64,000 nt of DNA from Escherichia coli (GTDB taxonomy: Bacteria > Pseudomonadota > Gammaproteobacteria > Enterobacterales > Enterobacteriaceae), in NCBI RefSeq assembly GCF_003334785.1, contig NZ_QOWV01000015.1; one strand, given 5' to 3'. This document shows, in pieces, positions 1 to 14,059 of this stretch (its first letter is position 1; every line of letters begins with the position of its first letter). The notes beneath the pieces were generated by a model. The model saw only the letters and a program-made list of their open reading frames with translations, had not been told where the DNA came from and ran no database searches. The position numbers and the translations under genes are program-made.

Positions 1-241
1 AGAAAATATCCGGCGGGTTCCGGAGCGCCAGTCTGTAGGTTTATCCATCAATAGAACTCCGTCTAATTTAGAAGGAGCTCTAATTTAGTCTGCAAGGAGC
101 AGGTGTTACAGACGGCATTGGCTTTACGCTTACAGACCGGGTTATGCAGCCACGCGTAGAACCCGGCCCGGGCGACATCCAGTACCCGACACATTGTCAT
201 CACACCCCATACAGTGCGGTGCTCATTGATAAAGCGGTACT

Positions 242-526
242 TCAGTAGGGCTCCCTTGCAAAGTACCGCGCGGCCTTTTTCAGGATATCCCGTTCTTCTT
301 CGGTACGTTTTAGCTGCGCCCGTAGTTTCAGGATCTCGCTTTTGGCTTCCAGTAAATCCCGGGCATGCTGCTCGCTGTTATCCGGTTTGATAGCCCGTAG
401 CCACTTGTAGAGGCTGTGGGCAGAAACGCCCAGACGGTGAGATACTTCGGCAACGGAATAACCGCGTTCCGTTATCTGTCGGACGGCTTCTTCCTTAAAT
501 TCAGGTGTAAATCGTGGTGTGCTCAT
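242..526 (-). mobile_element. IS3-family transposase OrfA (helix-turn-helix N-terminal ORF, 94 aa); downstream orfB appears disrupted
   Basis: Translation has the typical IS3-family OrfA architecture (HTH then leucine-zipper-like C-terminus ending KKAARYFA). Reverse complement of ~130-241 encodes an OrfB-like N-terminus (KYRFINEHRTVWGVMTMCRVLDVARAGFYAW) that hits stops in all frames near position ~75-115. Confidence 0.75.
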
Positions 527-809
527 ATGCTCCCCCCTATACTCAAACTATAGGGCAGGATCGTCTACCGGGGTGGGGTCAGTCCATTACTAACTGACAG
601 TTGTACCGAATACTGGGGGCAGGTCAAGCGCTTTAGCTTGTGTGGCAACAACCTCCTTTACAGGACCAGGTAGACGATTACCCTCTGCTGTTTCTGTGCT
701 CAACGCAATCTACGGCTATCCATTTTCTGCCAGTGGTTGCAAAGACGACCATTCAACGTCAGCAAAGTTTCGCAATGCACTGCTATGTAACTCATTGATC
801 CTACGTAGA

Positions 810-865
810 ATTTAAAATCCCTCGGCGTTCGCGCTGTGCGGGTTCAAGTCCCGCTCCGGGTACCA
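810..865 (+). other. 3' fragment (anticodon loop to CCA end, ~56 nt) of tRNA-Leu(UAA), leuZ-type; probable attachment-site remnant
   Basis: Sequence atttaaaatccctcggcgttcgcgctgtgcgggttcaagtcccgctccgggtacca matches the 3' part of E. coli leuZ as I recall it; the preceding bases do not form the tRNA 5' half. Confidence 0.75.
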
Positions 866-908
866 TGGGAAAGATAAGAATAAAATCAAAGCAATAAGCA
901 GTGTCGTG

Positions 909-933
909 AAACCACCTTCGGGTGGTTTTTTTG
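909..933 (+). terminator. Rho-independent terminator (original tRNA operon terminator)
   Basis: GC hairpin accacc-ttcg-ggtggt followed by a T7 run. Confidence 0.7.
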
Positions 934-1060
934 TGCCTGCAACTTGTCGTTACACTCTCCTTAATTTTTAATCACCAGCAAAGCCACTCAAAAAGTATCT
1001 CTGATACGGACCGGCATGTAAGATAGGTGCTGGCGAGTTGAGATCCACAAGGAAAAGCGT

Positions 1061-1726
1061 ATGAAAACGGGACCGTTAAACGAAAGTGAGTTGGAATGGC
1101 TGGACGATATTCTGACCAAATACAACACTGACCACGCCATCCTTGATGTGGCGGAGCTGGACGGTTTATTGACGGCGGTGTTGAGTTCTCCGCAAGAGAT
1201 TGAACCGGAACAGTGGCTGGTTGCCGTGTGGGGTGGGGCTGACTATGTGCCGCGCTGGGCGTCAGAGAAAGAGATGACGCGCTTTATGAATCTGGCTTTT
1301 CAACATATGGCCGATACCGCAGAGCGTCTGAACGAATTCCCGGAGCAGTTTGAGCCGTTATTCGGCTTGCGAGAAGTTGATGGCAGCGAGCTGACGATTG
1401 TTGAGGAGTGGTGCTTTGGCTATATGCGGGGCGTGGCACTTTCTGACTGGTCAACGTTGCCCGATTCGTTAAAACCAGCGCTGGAGGCGATTGCGCTGCA
1501 CGGTACTGAGGAAAACTTCGAGCGGGTAGAGAAAATGTCGCCAGAAGCGTTTGAAGAGAGCGTAGATGCCATTCGACTGGCGGCGCTTGATCTACATGCG
1601 TACTGGATGGCGCATCCGCAGGAAAAAGCTGTTCAGCAACCGATCAAAGCAGAAGAGAAACCGGGGCGTAACGATCCTTGCCCGTGCGGTAGTGGTAAGA
1701 AATTTAAGCAGTGCTGCCTGCATTAA
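1061..1726 (+). CDS. yecA: YecA, UPF0149/SEC-C motif metal-binding protein
   Basis: 221-aa ORF ending in the SEC-C Zn-finger motif [13 protein letters not shown]; position next to leuZ and tyrP as in K-12. Confidence 0.93.
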   Translation: MKTGPLNESELEWLDDILTKYNTDHAILDVAELDGLLTAVLSSPQEIEPEQWLVAVWGGADYVPRWASEKEMTRFMNLAFQHMADTAERLNEFPEQFEPLFGLREVDGSELTIVEEWCFGYMRGVALSDWSTLPDSLKPALEAIALHGTEENFERVEKMSPEAFEESVDAIRLAALDLHAYWMAHPQEKAVQQPIKAEEKPGRNDPCPCGSGKKFKQCCLH

Positions 1727-1787
1727 GAGGTCAAATTGGGTGTCAGCGTTAATTCTGGCACCCAATAAGGAATTTGAGGCTATCTGA

Positions 1788-2999
1788 TCACCCCACTTCT
1801 GGTAACAACCCTGCCGCAATCAAAAATTGCACGCCAATCACAGCAATACCACAGAGAAACACCACCACCAGCGCCGGACGACCACCTTTCACCCGGTAAC
1901 CCGCCTGAGGATTGTGCTTTCTGCTTTGCCAGGTCAACAGCGAAGGGATAATCAATGCCAGTACCGCCAGCGCCACACCGGCGTAACCCAGCGCCATCAC
2001 AAATCCTCGTGGATAAAACAGTGCAAACGCCAACGGCGGCAGAAAGGTAATTGCACCAGTTTGCAACCGTCCACCAACGGTATTTGAACGCTGAAATAAA
2101 TCAGCCAGATAATCAAATAAGCCTAACGCAACGCCGAGAAATGACGTGGCGAGGGCTAAATCAGCAAATAAATGCACTGCCAGCTCAACATGCGGAGAGG
2201 CCACCATTTCGCGTAATGCCTGTAACAGCCCGTTTAATCCGGCATGATTAGCCAGCAATCCCATAAAGGTTGTTGAATCAATGCTGCCAAGCGTTGCCAC
2301 CTGCCAGAAAATATATGCCACCAGGGGGATCGCACTACCGGTTATAAACACCCAGCGTAGCTTACGAACGTTGCCATCCATATAGCTGACAATACTCGGC
2401 ACGCTACCGTGAAAACCAAATGAGGTAAAAATCACCGGGATTGCTGACAGAGCCAGCCCCTGTTGCAACGGCAGGGTTAAAAGATTCACTTTGTGAATAT
2501 GCGGTAGCAGCAATACCAGCATCACCACCAGAAAAATAATTTTGGCGCTGAACAGAAAACGGTTAAATAAATCGACCAGCGATGTCCCGACACAAACCAC
2601 GCCACCGGCAACAAAAGTGAACAACAGCACGCCAGCGGTTGCCGACATTGAAATACCTGTCCAGTCGCTGATGCTGGAGGCCAACAATTCACCGGCACCG
2701 CTGATGTATGCCGCAGTCAGAGCATACATTAAGAACATCATACTGAAGCCCGTCAGCCATTGACCGTAGCGTCCCAGATAGCGTTTTGCCAGCGTGCCCA
2801 GACCGGTATCTGCCGGAACATGCTGGTACACCTCCAGCAGTAATAGCGCCGTGTAGCACATCAACGCCCAAAGCCCAATCAACAAGATTAACGTAACGCT
2901 AAAACCAACACCGGCCGCAGCCAGCGGCATTGCCAGCATGCCAGCGCCAATTGTGGTTCCCGCCACGATAAAAACACTTCCCAGGGTTCTGTTTTTCAC
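1788..2999 (-). CDS. tyrP: Tyrosine-specific transport protein TyrP
   Basis: 403-aa polytopic membrane ORF recognised as TyrP; conserved synteny. Confidence 0.93.
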   Translation of the reverse strand: MKNRTLGSVFIVAGTTIGAGMLAMPLAAAGVGFSVTLILLIGLWALMCYTALLLLEVYQHVPADTGLGTLAKRYLGRYGQWLTGFSMMFLMYALTAAYISGAGELLASSISDWTGISMSATAGVLLFTFVAGGVVCVGTSLVDLFNRFLFSAKIIFLVVMLVLLLPHIHKVNLLTLPLQQGLALSAIPVIFTSFGFHGSVPSIVSYMDGNVRKLRWVFITGSAIPLVAYIFWQVATLGSIDSTTFMGLLANHAGLNGLLQALREMVASPHVELAVHLFADLALATSFLGVALGLFDYLADLFQRSNTVGGRLQTGAITFLPPLAFALFYPRGFVMALGYAGVALAVLALIIPSLLTWQSRKHNPQAGYRVKGGRPALVVVFLCGIAVIGVQFLIAAGLLPEVG

Positions 3000-3077
3000 G
3001 CTTTCTTCTGTCCTGACGATCTTTATGAGTGATATCTGCGGCGCAGGTTAAGGCATAACGGCTTCTTCGTCAAACCG

Positions 3078-3110
3078 ACGTTACATATGGTGTAAATATA
3101 AATGTACAAT
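3078..3110. promoter_or_regulatory. TyrR box(es) in the tyrP promoter
   Basis: tgtaaatataaatgtaca at 3091-3108 matches TGTAAA-N6-TTTACA with one mismatch; adjacent weaker half-sites. Confidence 0.6.
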
Positions 3111-3190
3111 AAAAAGCATTCAGTCCTGCGCTGGCGCAAAGTCTTCATAAGCGGCAATCGCTACGCTAGGCTTTTTTTTGAGGAGGAACG

Positions 3191-3430
3191 ATGGACTCTA
3201 TTCACGGTCATGAAGTGTTAAATATGATGATTGAATCAGGCGAGCAATATACGCATGCCAGTCTGGAAGCTGCGATTAAAGCGCGTTTTGGTGAACAGGC
3301 ACGTTTTCACACCTGCTCGGCAGAAGGGATGACAGCGGGAGAGCTGGTGGCGTTTCTGGCAGCAAAAGGCAAATTTATACCTTCAGAAGAAGGTTTTTCG
3401 ACCGATCAGAGTAAGATTTGCCGTCACTGA
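3191..3430 (+). CDS. yecH: Uncharacterised protein YecH
   Basis: 79-aa ORF recognised as YecH; position between tyrP and ftnA. Confidence 0.85.
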   Translation: MDSIHGHEVLNMMIESGEQYTHASLEAAIKARFGEQARFHTCSAEGMTAGELVAFLAAKGKFIPSEEGFSTDQSKICRH

Positions 3431-3432
3431 TT

Positions 3433-3460
3433 TGAAACGGCGGCAGAAACCTGCCGCCGG
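3433..3460. terminator. Bidirectional hairpin terminator between yecH and ftnA
   Basis: Inverted repeat cggcggcag-aaac-ctgccgccg between convergent genes. Confidence 0.6.
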
Positions 3461-3466
3461 AGAGCA

Positions 3467-3964
3467 TTAGTTTTGTGTGTCGAGGGTAGAGAGTTCTTTG
3501 TCGATAAAATACAGACCTTCGCCGCTTTTGCCTGCCAGGCTTAATTTATCAATAATCGATTTGAACAGTTTCTCTTCTTCATGCTGCTCAGAAACATACC
3601 ATTGCAGGAAATTAAATGTTGGGTAGTCCTGATTGGTCATTGCTGCATGAGCCAGTTCGTTAATTTTCTGGGTGATTAATTGTTCGTGTTTATAGGTTTC
3701 CTGGAATAATTCATCAAGTGAGGAATATTCAGCAAACGGAGATTCAACGGTATTAATACGCGGTAAATTGCCGGTATCAGTCAGATAATCAAACAGACGC
3801 TGCATATGCGTCATCTCTTCCTGGGCGTGACGGCGCAGGAACGCGGCAGCACCTTCGAAGGTATGATAGCTGCACCAGGCGCTCATTTGCTGATAAAGCA
3901 GTGAAGAGTACAGTTCCAGGTTCATCTGCTCATTAAGTTTTTCAATCATTTCTGGTTTCAGCAT
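3467..3964 (-). CDS. ftnA: Ferritin FtnA (iron storage)
   Basis: Translation [15 protein letters not shown]... (165 aa from the internal ATG of the 170-aa ORF) recognised as FtnA. Confidence 0.95.
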
Positions 3965-4135
3965 GATAGTGCTCCACAAAGGTTATATTTGTTGCTGTGG
4001 CGTCACTATAATTTGTTATTTTATTATTTGCAAAAGGTAAAATATAAACTTCAATTATTAAAAATACGAATGGGAATAAAACGCATTACCGCTATTTATT
4101 TAATCAGCGAAGATCCCCCTCGCTGATTAAAACAT

Positions 4136-4459
4136 TTAGAGAAAGACAGGGAAGGCGGAATGATGGCACTGATATGACAAAGTGAATTCCGTATTCAAAC
4201 ATAAGGAACCCGCAAAAAGGCTACAGTTGCCTACTGGCTGACCAAAGGGGATCGCGTGGGTATAGCCTTCCTGCTGGCATGCGCGATCGGCGATCCCGCG
4301 ACTGACATAATGATCGGTATGGGCATGCTGCAAAAAAGCCTGGTCATAAACCAACCGTACAATACCTGTTGCCGCGTCAACTTCGCTCACATGGGCCTGG
4401 CGAGTAACCGTACACCCCGCCAGCGTTATTAATGAAAGAGTCAGAATCAGAAGTCTCAT
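4136..4459 (-). CDS. yecR: Lipoprotein YecR
   Basis: 107-aa ORF with lipoprotein signal (LAGC lipobox); recognised as YecR. Confidence 0.88.
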   Translation of the reverse strand: MRLLILTLSLITLAGCTVTRQAHVSEVDAATGIVRLVYDQAFLQHAHTDHYVSRGIADRACQQEGYTHAIPFGQPVGNCSLFAGSLCLNTEFTLSYQCHHSAFPVFL

Positions 4460-4623
4460 GGTCCAGCCAGAAGAGTAAGAGAAAGCACTATTTTACGCGT
4501 TACAGCGCTGCGACAATGGCCGGAAAAGACGCCTGGCAGGCGCTATTTCTTGCCATCTGTAGGTGTCAGAAATGGGGGGGTTGTTTTTTGATTATCATTT
4601 TTATAACATTAAAGGGGTATTTA

Positions 4624-4639
4624 TGTGATTTGCATCACA
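4624..4639. promoter_or_regulatory. CRP binding site (azuC promoter)
   Basis: Perfect TGTGA-N6-TCACA (tgtgatttgcatcaca) about 90 bp upstream of the azuC start. Confidence 0.7.
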
Positions 4640-4721
4640 TAAAGATTGATTTTTGTGATGGTTGTCATATTATAAGCGCAAAGACAATAACACCTGTATA
4701 ACAAATGGTCGGAGTGCCGCG

Positions 4722-4808
4722 ATGAAACTGCGCAAAATCCTGAAAAGTATGTTCAATAACTATTGCAAGACGTTCAAAGACGTACCGCCAGGCAATATGT
4801 TCCGATAA
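4722..4808 (+). CDS. azuC: Small protein AzuC (28 aa)
   Basis: ORF translates to MKLRKILKSMFNNYCKTFKDVPPGNMFR, matching the AzuC small protein; too short for the supplied ORF track. Confidence 0.85.
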   Translation: MKLRKILKSMFNNYCKTFKDVPPGNMFR

Positions 4809-4810
4809 CA

Positions 4811-4838
4811 AAAAACCTGCTCCGGCAGGTTTTTTTGT
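4811..4838 (+). terminator. Rho-independent terminator after azuC
   Basis: Hairpin cctgctccgg-caggttt followed by a T-run. Confidence 0.7.
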
Positions 4839-4922
4839 GTCCTGATGACGGTGGATGTGACTATCGCTGAAGATGTGAAGTCGCTACTATAACGGCTTTC
4901 AAAATGCTATCAGGAGTTTACG

Positions 4923-5174
4923 ATGTCCCAGCCGCTGAATGCCGATCAGGAACTGGTTTCTGATGTGGTTGCTTGCCAGTTGGTTATCAAACAAATTCTG
5001 GATGTTCTCGATGTAATCGCGCCCGTTGAAGTTCGTGAAAAAATGTCCAGTCAGCTGAAGAATATCGACTTTAGTAACCATCCCGCCGCCGCAGACCCGG
5101 TCACCATGCGGGCAATCCAAAAAGCCATCGCGCTGATTGAACTCAAGTTTACCCCACAGGGTGAATCCCATTAA
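4923..5174 (+). CDS. yecJ: Uncharacterised protein YecJ (DUF2766)
   Basis: 83-aa ORF recognised as YecJ; followed by a hairpin terminator at ~5175-5210. Confidence 0.88.
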   Translation: MSQPLNADQELVSDVVACQLVIKQILDVLDVIAPVEVREKMSSQLKNIDFSNHPAAADPVTMRAIQKAIALIELKFTPQGESH

Positions 5175-5252
5175 AAAAACCGCTGCTTCAAACAGATGAG
5201 GCAGCGGTTTCTCAAAACCTTCATCGGCGCAATGCATTAGCGCCGATGATGA

Positions 5253-5756
5253 TCAATGCAGCTGGTGTGACACGACATTCAGAACATGTTGGTCGGTCTG
5301 CACAGGGCACATACCCGCAAGTTTCGCACTGCGCACTTCATCAAGAATGGTTTGCAGCAACAGACCATCATGCTGCTGTTCTTTTTCCAGATCGCGCAGG
5401 AAATTGACGGTTGAATCATCATTCAGTTCTTTCGCTTCATCGGCTAACTGTGCCAACGTACTAGAACGTTGCTCGTATTCTTCCATCGTTTTTTGGAACA
5501 GTTCTTCCAGAGAGTTCAGTTTTTCACCGGGAACATCAATGGCTTTAACGATGGGGGTAGCGCCGACACTCTTCATAAAGTTAAACATGCGCATCATTTG
5601 GGTCACATTACTCTGTGCCTGGGCGCGAAGGAAAGTGGCGGTGCCGTTCAGACTCTGTTCAGAACACCAGTTACTCAGGTGAAGGTAGAGATTGGATGCG
5701 TAAAACTCGCGGTTCATTTGAGAGTTGAGTTTGAGAAGCATTCCAGCGGTTGCCAT
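5253..5756 (-). CDS. ftnB: Ferritin-like protein FtnB
   Basis: 167-aa ORF recognised as FtnB (YecI); ferritin fold. Confidence 0.92.
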   Translation of the reverse strand: MATAGMLLKLNSQMNREFYASNLYLHLSNWCSEQSLNGTATFLRAQAQSNVTQMMRMFNFMKSVGATPIVKAIDVPGEKLNSLEELFQKTMEEYEQRSSTLAQLADEAKELNDDSTVNFLRDLEKEQQHDGLLLQTILDEVRSAKLAGMCPVQTDQHVLNVVSHQLH

Positions 5757-6552
5757 ACCTAATATCCTTATATCCAGAAGTGGAGAGGTGCAAGATAAAT
5801 CAAAACACCATAATTACTGTTTGCAGAATAATTCCTTTCTGCCGGTCCGAAATGTGATCGTGGAGTCAATTCTGACGATGATCTGAAATAAGAATAACGT
5901 CTGAACGGGTATAAGAAAATGCTTAAATCATCAAGTTTATATATTTTTACATTTCATTGATGAAATCAATGTAACTGCAATGAATTTTAATGATAGTGCT
6001 TTTTGTATCTTGTTGATATTAATCAATGAATTTGAATTCATGATGAAATGATGATTTTATAAAAGGTTTTTTCATTTTTGCGAGATGGCTCTCATTATAC
6101 GTGTTCTGTTAATTAATGAGCACAGTGATAATTAATGGCGAAATGAATGGCGTGCATTTTCCACATCTTTGAGTTGCGGTTATTACACCATTTCAAAAAC
6201 TCAACGCCAGGTAATGCGGCCTATTGACTGGTTAAAAAGAAGACATCCCGCATGGGTACCAAAGACAACAAGGATTTCCAGGCTAATCTTATGGATTAAT
6301 CTGCTGTGCATTCGACAATTTGTCTGACAAATTGGCTTTCCCTTATGTCTTTTCCCGCTAAATTTATGCACGTTCTCACTGTAATTCTGCGATGTGATAT
6401 TGCTCTCCTATGGAGAATTAATTTCTCGCTAAAACTATGTCAACACGGTCACTTATCTTTTAGTTAAAAGGTAATGCTTTGTTTTCCGATTAATTTAACG
6501 AATGTCATTCGTTTTTGCCCTACACAAAACGACACTAAAGCTGGAGAGAACC

Positions 6553-7542
6553 ATGCACAAATTTACTAAAGCCCTGGCAGCCATTGGTCTGGCAGCCGTT
6601 ATGTCACAATCCGCTATGGCGGAGAACCTGAAGCTCGGTTTTCTGGTGAAGCAACCGGAAGAGCCGTGGTTCCAGACCGAATGGAAGTTTGCCGATAAAG
6701 CCGGGAAGGATTTAGGGTTTGAGGTTATTAAGATTGCCGTGCCGGATGGCGAAAAAACATTGAACGCGATCGACAGCCTGGCTGCCAGTGGCGCAAAAGG
6801 TTTCGTTATTTGTACTCCGGACCCCAAACTCGGCTCTGCCATCGTCGCGAAAGCGCGTGGCTACGATATGAAAGTCATTGCCGTGGATGACCAGTTTGTT
6901 AACGCCAAAGGTAAGCCAATGGATACCGTTCCGCTGGTGATGATGGCGGCGACTAAAATTGGCGAACGTCAGGGTCAGGAACTGTATAAAGAGATGCAGA
7001 AACGTGGCTGGGATGTCAAAGAAAGCGCGGTGATGGCGATTACCGCCAACGAACTGGATACGGCACGTCGCCGTACAACGGGTTCTATGGATGCGCTGAA
7101 AGCGGCCGGATTCCCGGAAAAACAAATTTATCAGGTACCTACCAAATCTAACGACATCCCGGGGGCATTTGACGCTGCCAACTCAATGCTGGTTCAACAT
7201 CCGGAAGTTAAACATTGGCTGATCGTCGGTATGAACGACAGCACCGTGCTGGGCGGCGTACGCGCGACGGAAGGTCAGGGCTTTAAAGCTGCCGATATCA
7301 TCGGCATTGGCATTAACGGTGTGGATGCGGTGAGCGAACTGTCTAAAGCACAGGCAACCGGCTTCTACGGTTCCCTGCTGCCAAGCCCGGACGTACATGG
7401 CTATAAATCCAGCGAAATGCTTTACAACTGGGTAGCAAAAGACGTTGAACCGCCAAAATTTACCGAAGTTACCGACGTGGTGCTGATCACGCGTGACAAC
7501 TTTAAAGAAGAACTGGAGAAAAAAGGTTTAGGCGGTAAGTAA
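6553..7542 (+). CDS. araF: L-arabinose ABC transporter periplasmic binding protein AraF
   Basis: Translation from MHKFTKALAAIGLAAVMSQSAMA (signal peptide) gives 329 aa recognised as AraF; RBS ggaga upstream. Confidence 0.96.
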   Translation: MHKFTKALAAIGLAAVMSQSAMAENLKLGFLVKQPEEPWFQTEWKFADKAGKDLGFEVIKIAVPDGEKTLNAIDSLAASGAKGFVICTPDPKLGSAIVAKARGYDMKVIAVDDQFVNAKGKPMDTVPLVMMAATKIGERQGQELYKEMQKRGWDVKESAVMAITANELDTARRRTTGSMDALKAAGFPEKQIYQVPTKSNDIPGAFDAANSMLVQHPEVKHWLIVGMNDSTVLGGVRATEGQGFKAADIIGIGINGVDAVSELSKAQATGFYGSLLPSPDVHGYKSSEMLYNWVAKDVEPPKFTEVTDVVLITRDNFKEELEKKGLGGK

Positions 7543-7611
7543 TTTGCCGGAAAAATTCCCCTCTGCATGATGCAGAGGGGGTGTGAACGACCAGTGATTC
7601 ACGGAGACGTT

Positions 7612-9126
7612 ATGCAACAGTCTACCCCGTATCTCTCATTTCGCGGCATCGGTAAAACGTTTCCCGGCGTTAAGGCGCTGACGGATATTAGTTTTGACTG
7701 CTATGCCGGTCAGGTTCATGCGTTGATGGGTGAAAATGGCGCAGGAAAATCAACTCTCTTAAAAATCCTCAGCGGCAACTATGCGCCAACCACGGGTTCT
7801 GTAGTGATTAATGGGCAGGAAATGTCCTTTTCCGACACGACCGCAGCACTTAACGCGGGTGTGGCGATTATTTACCAGGAACTGCATCTCGTGCCGGAAA
7901 TGACCGTCGCGGAAAACATCTATCTCGGCCAGCTGCCGCATAAAGGCGGCATTGTGAATCGCTCATTGCTGAATTATGAGGCGGGTTTACAACTTAAACA
8001 TCTTGGTATGGATATTGACCCGGACACGCCGCTGAAATATCTCTCCATTGGTCAGTGGCAGATGGTTGAAATCGCCAAGGCGCTGGCGCGTAACGCTAAA
8101 ATTATCGCCTTTGATGAGCCAACCAGCTCCCTTTCTGCCCGCGAAATCGACAATCTTTTCCGCGTTATTCGTGAACTGCGAAAAGAGGGGCGGGTGATCT
8201 TATACGTTTCTCACCGTATGGAAGAAATATTTGCCCTCAGCGATGCCATCACTGTCTTTAAAGATGGACGTTATGTCAAAACCTTTACCGATATGCAGCA
8301 GGTTGACCACGACGCGCTGGTGCAGGCGATGGTCGGGCGCGACATTGGCGATATCTACGGCTGGCAACCTCGTAGTTATGGCGAGGAGCGCCTGCGTCTT
8401 GATGCTGTGAAAGCACCAGGCGTGCGTACGCCAATAAGTCTGGCGGTTCGCAGTGGTGAAATTGTTGGGCTGTTTGGTCTGGTAGGGGCGGGGCGTAGCG
8501 AATTAATGAAAGGCTTGTTTGGCGGGACGCAAATCACCGCCGGTCAGGTTTATATCGACCAACAGCCGATCGATATTCGTAAACCGAGCCACGCCATTGC
8601 CGCAGGCATGATGCTCTGCCCGGAAGATCGCAAAGCGGAAGGCATTATTCCCGTGCACTCCGTTCGCGACAATATCAACATCAGTGCCAGACGTAAACAT
8701 GTGCTCGGCGGTTGTGTAATCAACAACGGTTGGGAAGAAAACAATGCCGATCACCACATTCGTTCGCTCAACATCAAAACGCCGGGCGCTGAGCAACTGA
8801 TCATGAATCTCTCAGGCGGAAATCAGCAAAAAGCCATTCTGGGCCGCTGGTTATCGGAAGAGATGAAGGTCATTTTGCTGGATGAACCTACGCGCGGCAT
8901 TGATGTTGGCGCTAAGCACGAAATATATAACGTAATTTATGCGCTGGCGGCGCAGGGTGTGGCGGTGCTGTTTGCCTCCAGCGACTTACCTGAAGTCCTC
9001 GGCGTTGCCGACCGGATTGTGGTGATGCGCGAAGGTGAAATCGCCGGTGAATTGTTACACGAGCAGGCAGATGAGCGTCAGGCACTGAGCCTTGCGATGC
9101 CTAAAGTCAGCCAGGCAGTTGCCTGA
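7612..9126 (+). CDS. araG: L-arabinose ABC transporter ATP-binding protein AraG
   Basis: [17 protein letters not shown]... with two ABC cassettes (Walker [10 protein letters not shown]); 504 aa. Confidence 0.96.
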   Translation: MQQSTPYLSFRGIGKTFPGVKALTDISFDCYAGQVHALMGENGAGKSTLLKILSGNYAPTTGSVVINGQEMSFSDTTAALNAGVAIIYQELHLVPEMTVAENIYLGQLPHKGGIVNRSLLNYEAGLQLKHLGMDIDPDTPLKYLSIGQWQMVEIAKALARNAKIIAFDEPTSSLSAREIDNLFRVIRELRKEGRVILYVSHRMEEIFALSDAITVFKDGRYVKTFTDMQQVDHDALVQAMVGRDIGDIYGWQPRSYGEERLRLDAVKAPGVRTPISLAVRSGEIVGLFGLVGAGRSELMKGLFGGTQITAGQVYIDQQPIDIRKPSHAIAAGMMLCPEDRKAEGIIPVHSVRDNINISARRKHVLGGCVINNGWEENNADHHIRSLNIKTPGAEQLIMNLSGGNQQKAILGRWLSEEMKVILLDEPTRGIDVGAKHEIYNVIYALAAQGVAVLFASSDLPEVLGVADRIVVMREGEIAGELLHEQADERQALSLAMPKVSQAVA

Positions 9127-9140
9127 GTAAGGAGAGTATG

Positions 9141-12493
<3,353 letters not shown>

Positions 12494-12499
12494 GAGCGG

Positions 12500-12928
12500 T
12501 TAATCTCCCGTAAGTGGAACTAACAGCACATCGACCTCACTTGAGGCAATCACTCTTTTCGCCGAGCAGGATGCTCGCGAAAAGAAACTGTGATTGTGAT
12601 TACCGCAAATCACCAAATCGAAATGATGTTTGTGACATACTTCCAGAATATGTTCGCTTAACTCACCGTAGGCAATAAACGTCTTGTCAACGGGATACCC
12701 CGCATCCTGAATTAACTTATCAAGAAAGCTTTGCGTTTCTTCCTGCATCACGCTGCGTAAATCTTCAAGCATCGGCGCGGCTAATTGATTGTACATTTCC
12801 GGGTCGGAAGCGAGAGTAATTAAACTGATGTGTCCCTTTACTGGCCTGGCGATAGATACCGCTTTTGCCAGCAGTTGCTGACTTTCCGGTGTAACCGCAA
12901 CAGCGACAAGAATATTGCTATAGCTCAT
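12500..12928 (-). CDS. uspC: Universal stress protein UspC
   Basis: 142-aa ORF recognised as UspC; convergent with otsA. Confidence 0.93.
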   Translation of the reverse strand: MSYSNILVAVAVTPESQQLLAKAVSIARPVKGHISLITLASDPEMYNQLAAPMLEDLRSVMQEETQSFLDKLIQDAGYPVDKTFIAYGELSEHILEVCHKHHFDLVICGNHNHSFFSRASCSAKRVIASSEVDVLLVPLTGD

Positions 12929-13429
12929 AACCTGTTCCTTATTCTGTGAACTTCAGGTGACATTAAAGCTTTACTCCTAATGGAGAAACGACGCAATCCC
13001 AACTCGGTCAAACAGGTAAATATTAGTCTGATTATTAGTAAAGACAATTAATCAATCACTCCCGGTGATCATATAATTTCAAATGTAATTATAAGAAAAT
13101 AGTGTACTGATTCTCCGCATTAAACAGTGGTTAATATATGCAAAACATTTTATTAACATTAAGTTGATTGTTGCCTTTCTTTGTATTTAATTAGTTTGTT
13201 GTGCGGTAAGTGTCTGTTTAAAAATAGCTTATCTGGTATTGCATGAAAGTGATTATTTATAGCAGATGATTATTTACGGTGTGTTATTTTAACTGTGCGC
13301 AACATCCCATTTCGATTATTCCTGTTTCATTTTTGCTTGCTAGCGTAGCGAAAAACTTTTTAACAGATTGAAATACACCCAAAACAAAAGTATGGCTTAT
13401 GCATTTATGTTAAGTAATTGAGTGTTTTG

Positions 13430-13445
13430 TGTGATCTGCATCACA
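13430..13445. promoter_or_regulatory. CRP binding site of the flhDC promoter
   Basis: tgtgatctgcatcaca is a perfect TGTGA-N6-TCACA, ~260 bp upstream of flhD in an AT-rich regulatory region. Confidence 0.75.
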
Positions 13446-13706
13446 TATTATTGAAAATCGCAGCCCCCCTCCGTTGTATGTGCGTGTAGTGACGAGTACA
13501 GTTGCGTCGATTTAGGAAAAATCTTAGATAAGTGTAAAGACCCCCTTCTATTTGTAAGGACTTATTAAACCAAAAAGGTGGCTCTGCTTATTGCAGCTTA
13601 TCGCAACTATTCTAATGCTAATTATTTTTTGCCGGGGCTTCCCGGCGACATCACGGGGTGCGGTGAAACCGCATAAAAATAAAGTTGGTTATTCTGGGTG
13701 GGAATC

Positions 13707-14057
13707 ATGCATACCTCCGAGTTGCTGAAACACATTTATGACATCAACTTGTCATATTTACTACTTGCACAGCGTTTGATTGTTCAGGACAAAGCGTCCG
13801 CTATGTTTCGTCTCGGCATAAATGAAGAAATGGCGACAACGTTAGCGGCACTGACTCTTCCGCAAATGGTTAAGCTGGCAGAAACCAATCAACTGGTTTG
13901 TCACTTTCGTTTTGACAGCCACCAGACGATTACTCAGTTGACGCAAGATTCCCGCGTTGACGATCTCCAGCAAATTCATACCGGCATCATGCTCTCAACA
14001 CGCTTGCTGAATGATGTTAATCAGCCTGAAGAAGCGCTGCGCAAGAAAAGGGCCTGA
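13707..14057 (+). CDS. flhD: Flagellar master regulator subunit FlhD
   Basis: [24 protein letters not shown]... (116 aa); an in-frame GTG at 13698 would add 3 residues. Confidence 0.96.
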
Positions 14058-14059
14058 TC

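Noticed and set aside
1566-1819. Small ORFs (73 aa plus, 75 aa minus) overlapping the yecA 3' end
   Set aside because: Overlap the well-supported yecA frame and the tyrP-yecA junction; no RBS or conservation argument.
4432-4701. 89-aa plus-strand ORF upstream of azuC
   Set aside because: Spans the yecR start and the azuC promoter/CRP site; the real small gene is azuC at 4722-4808.
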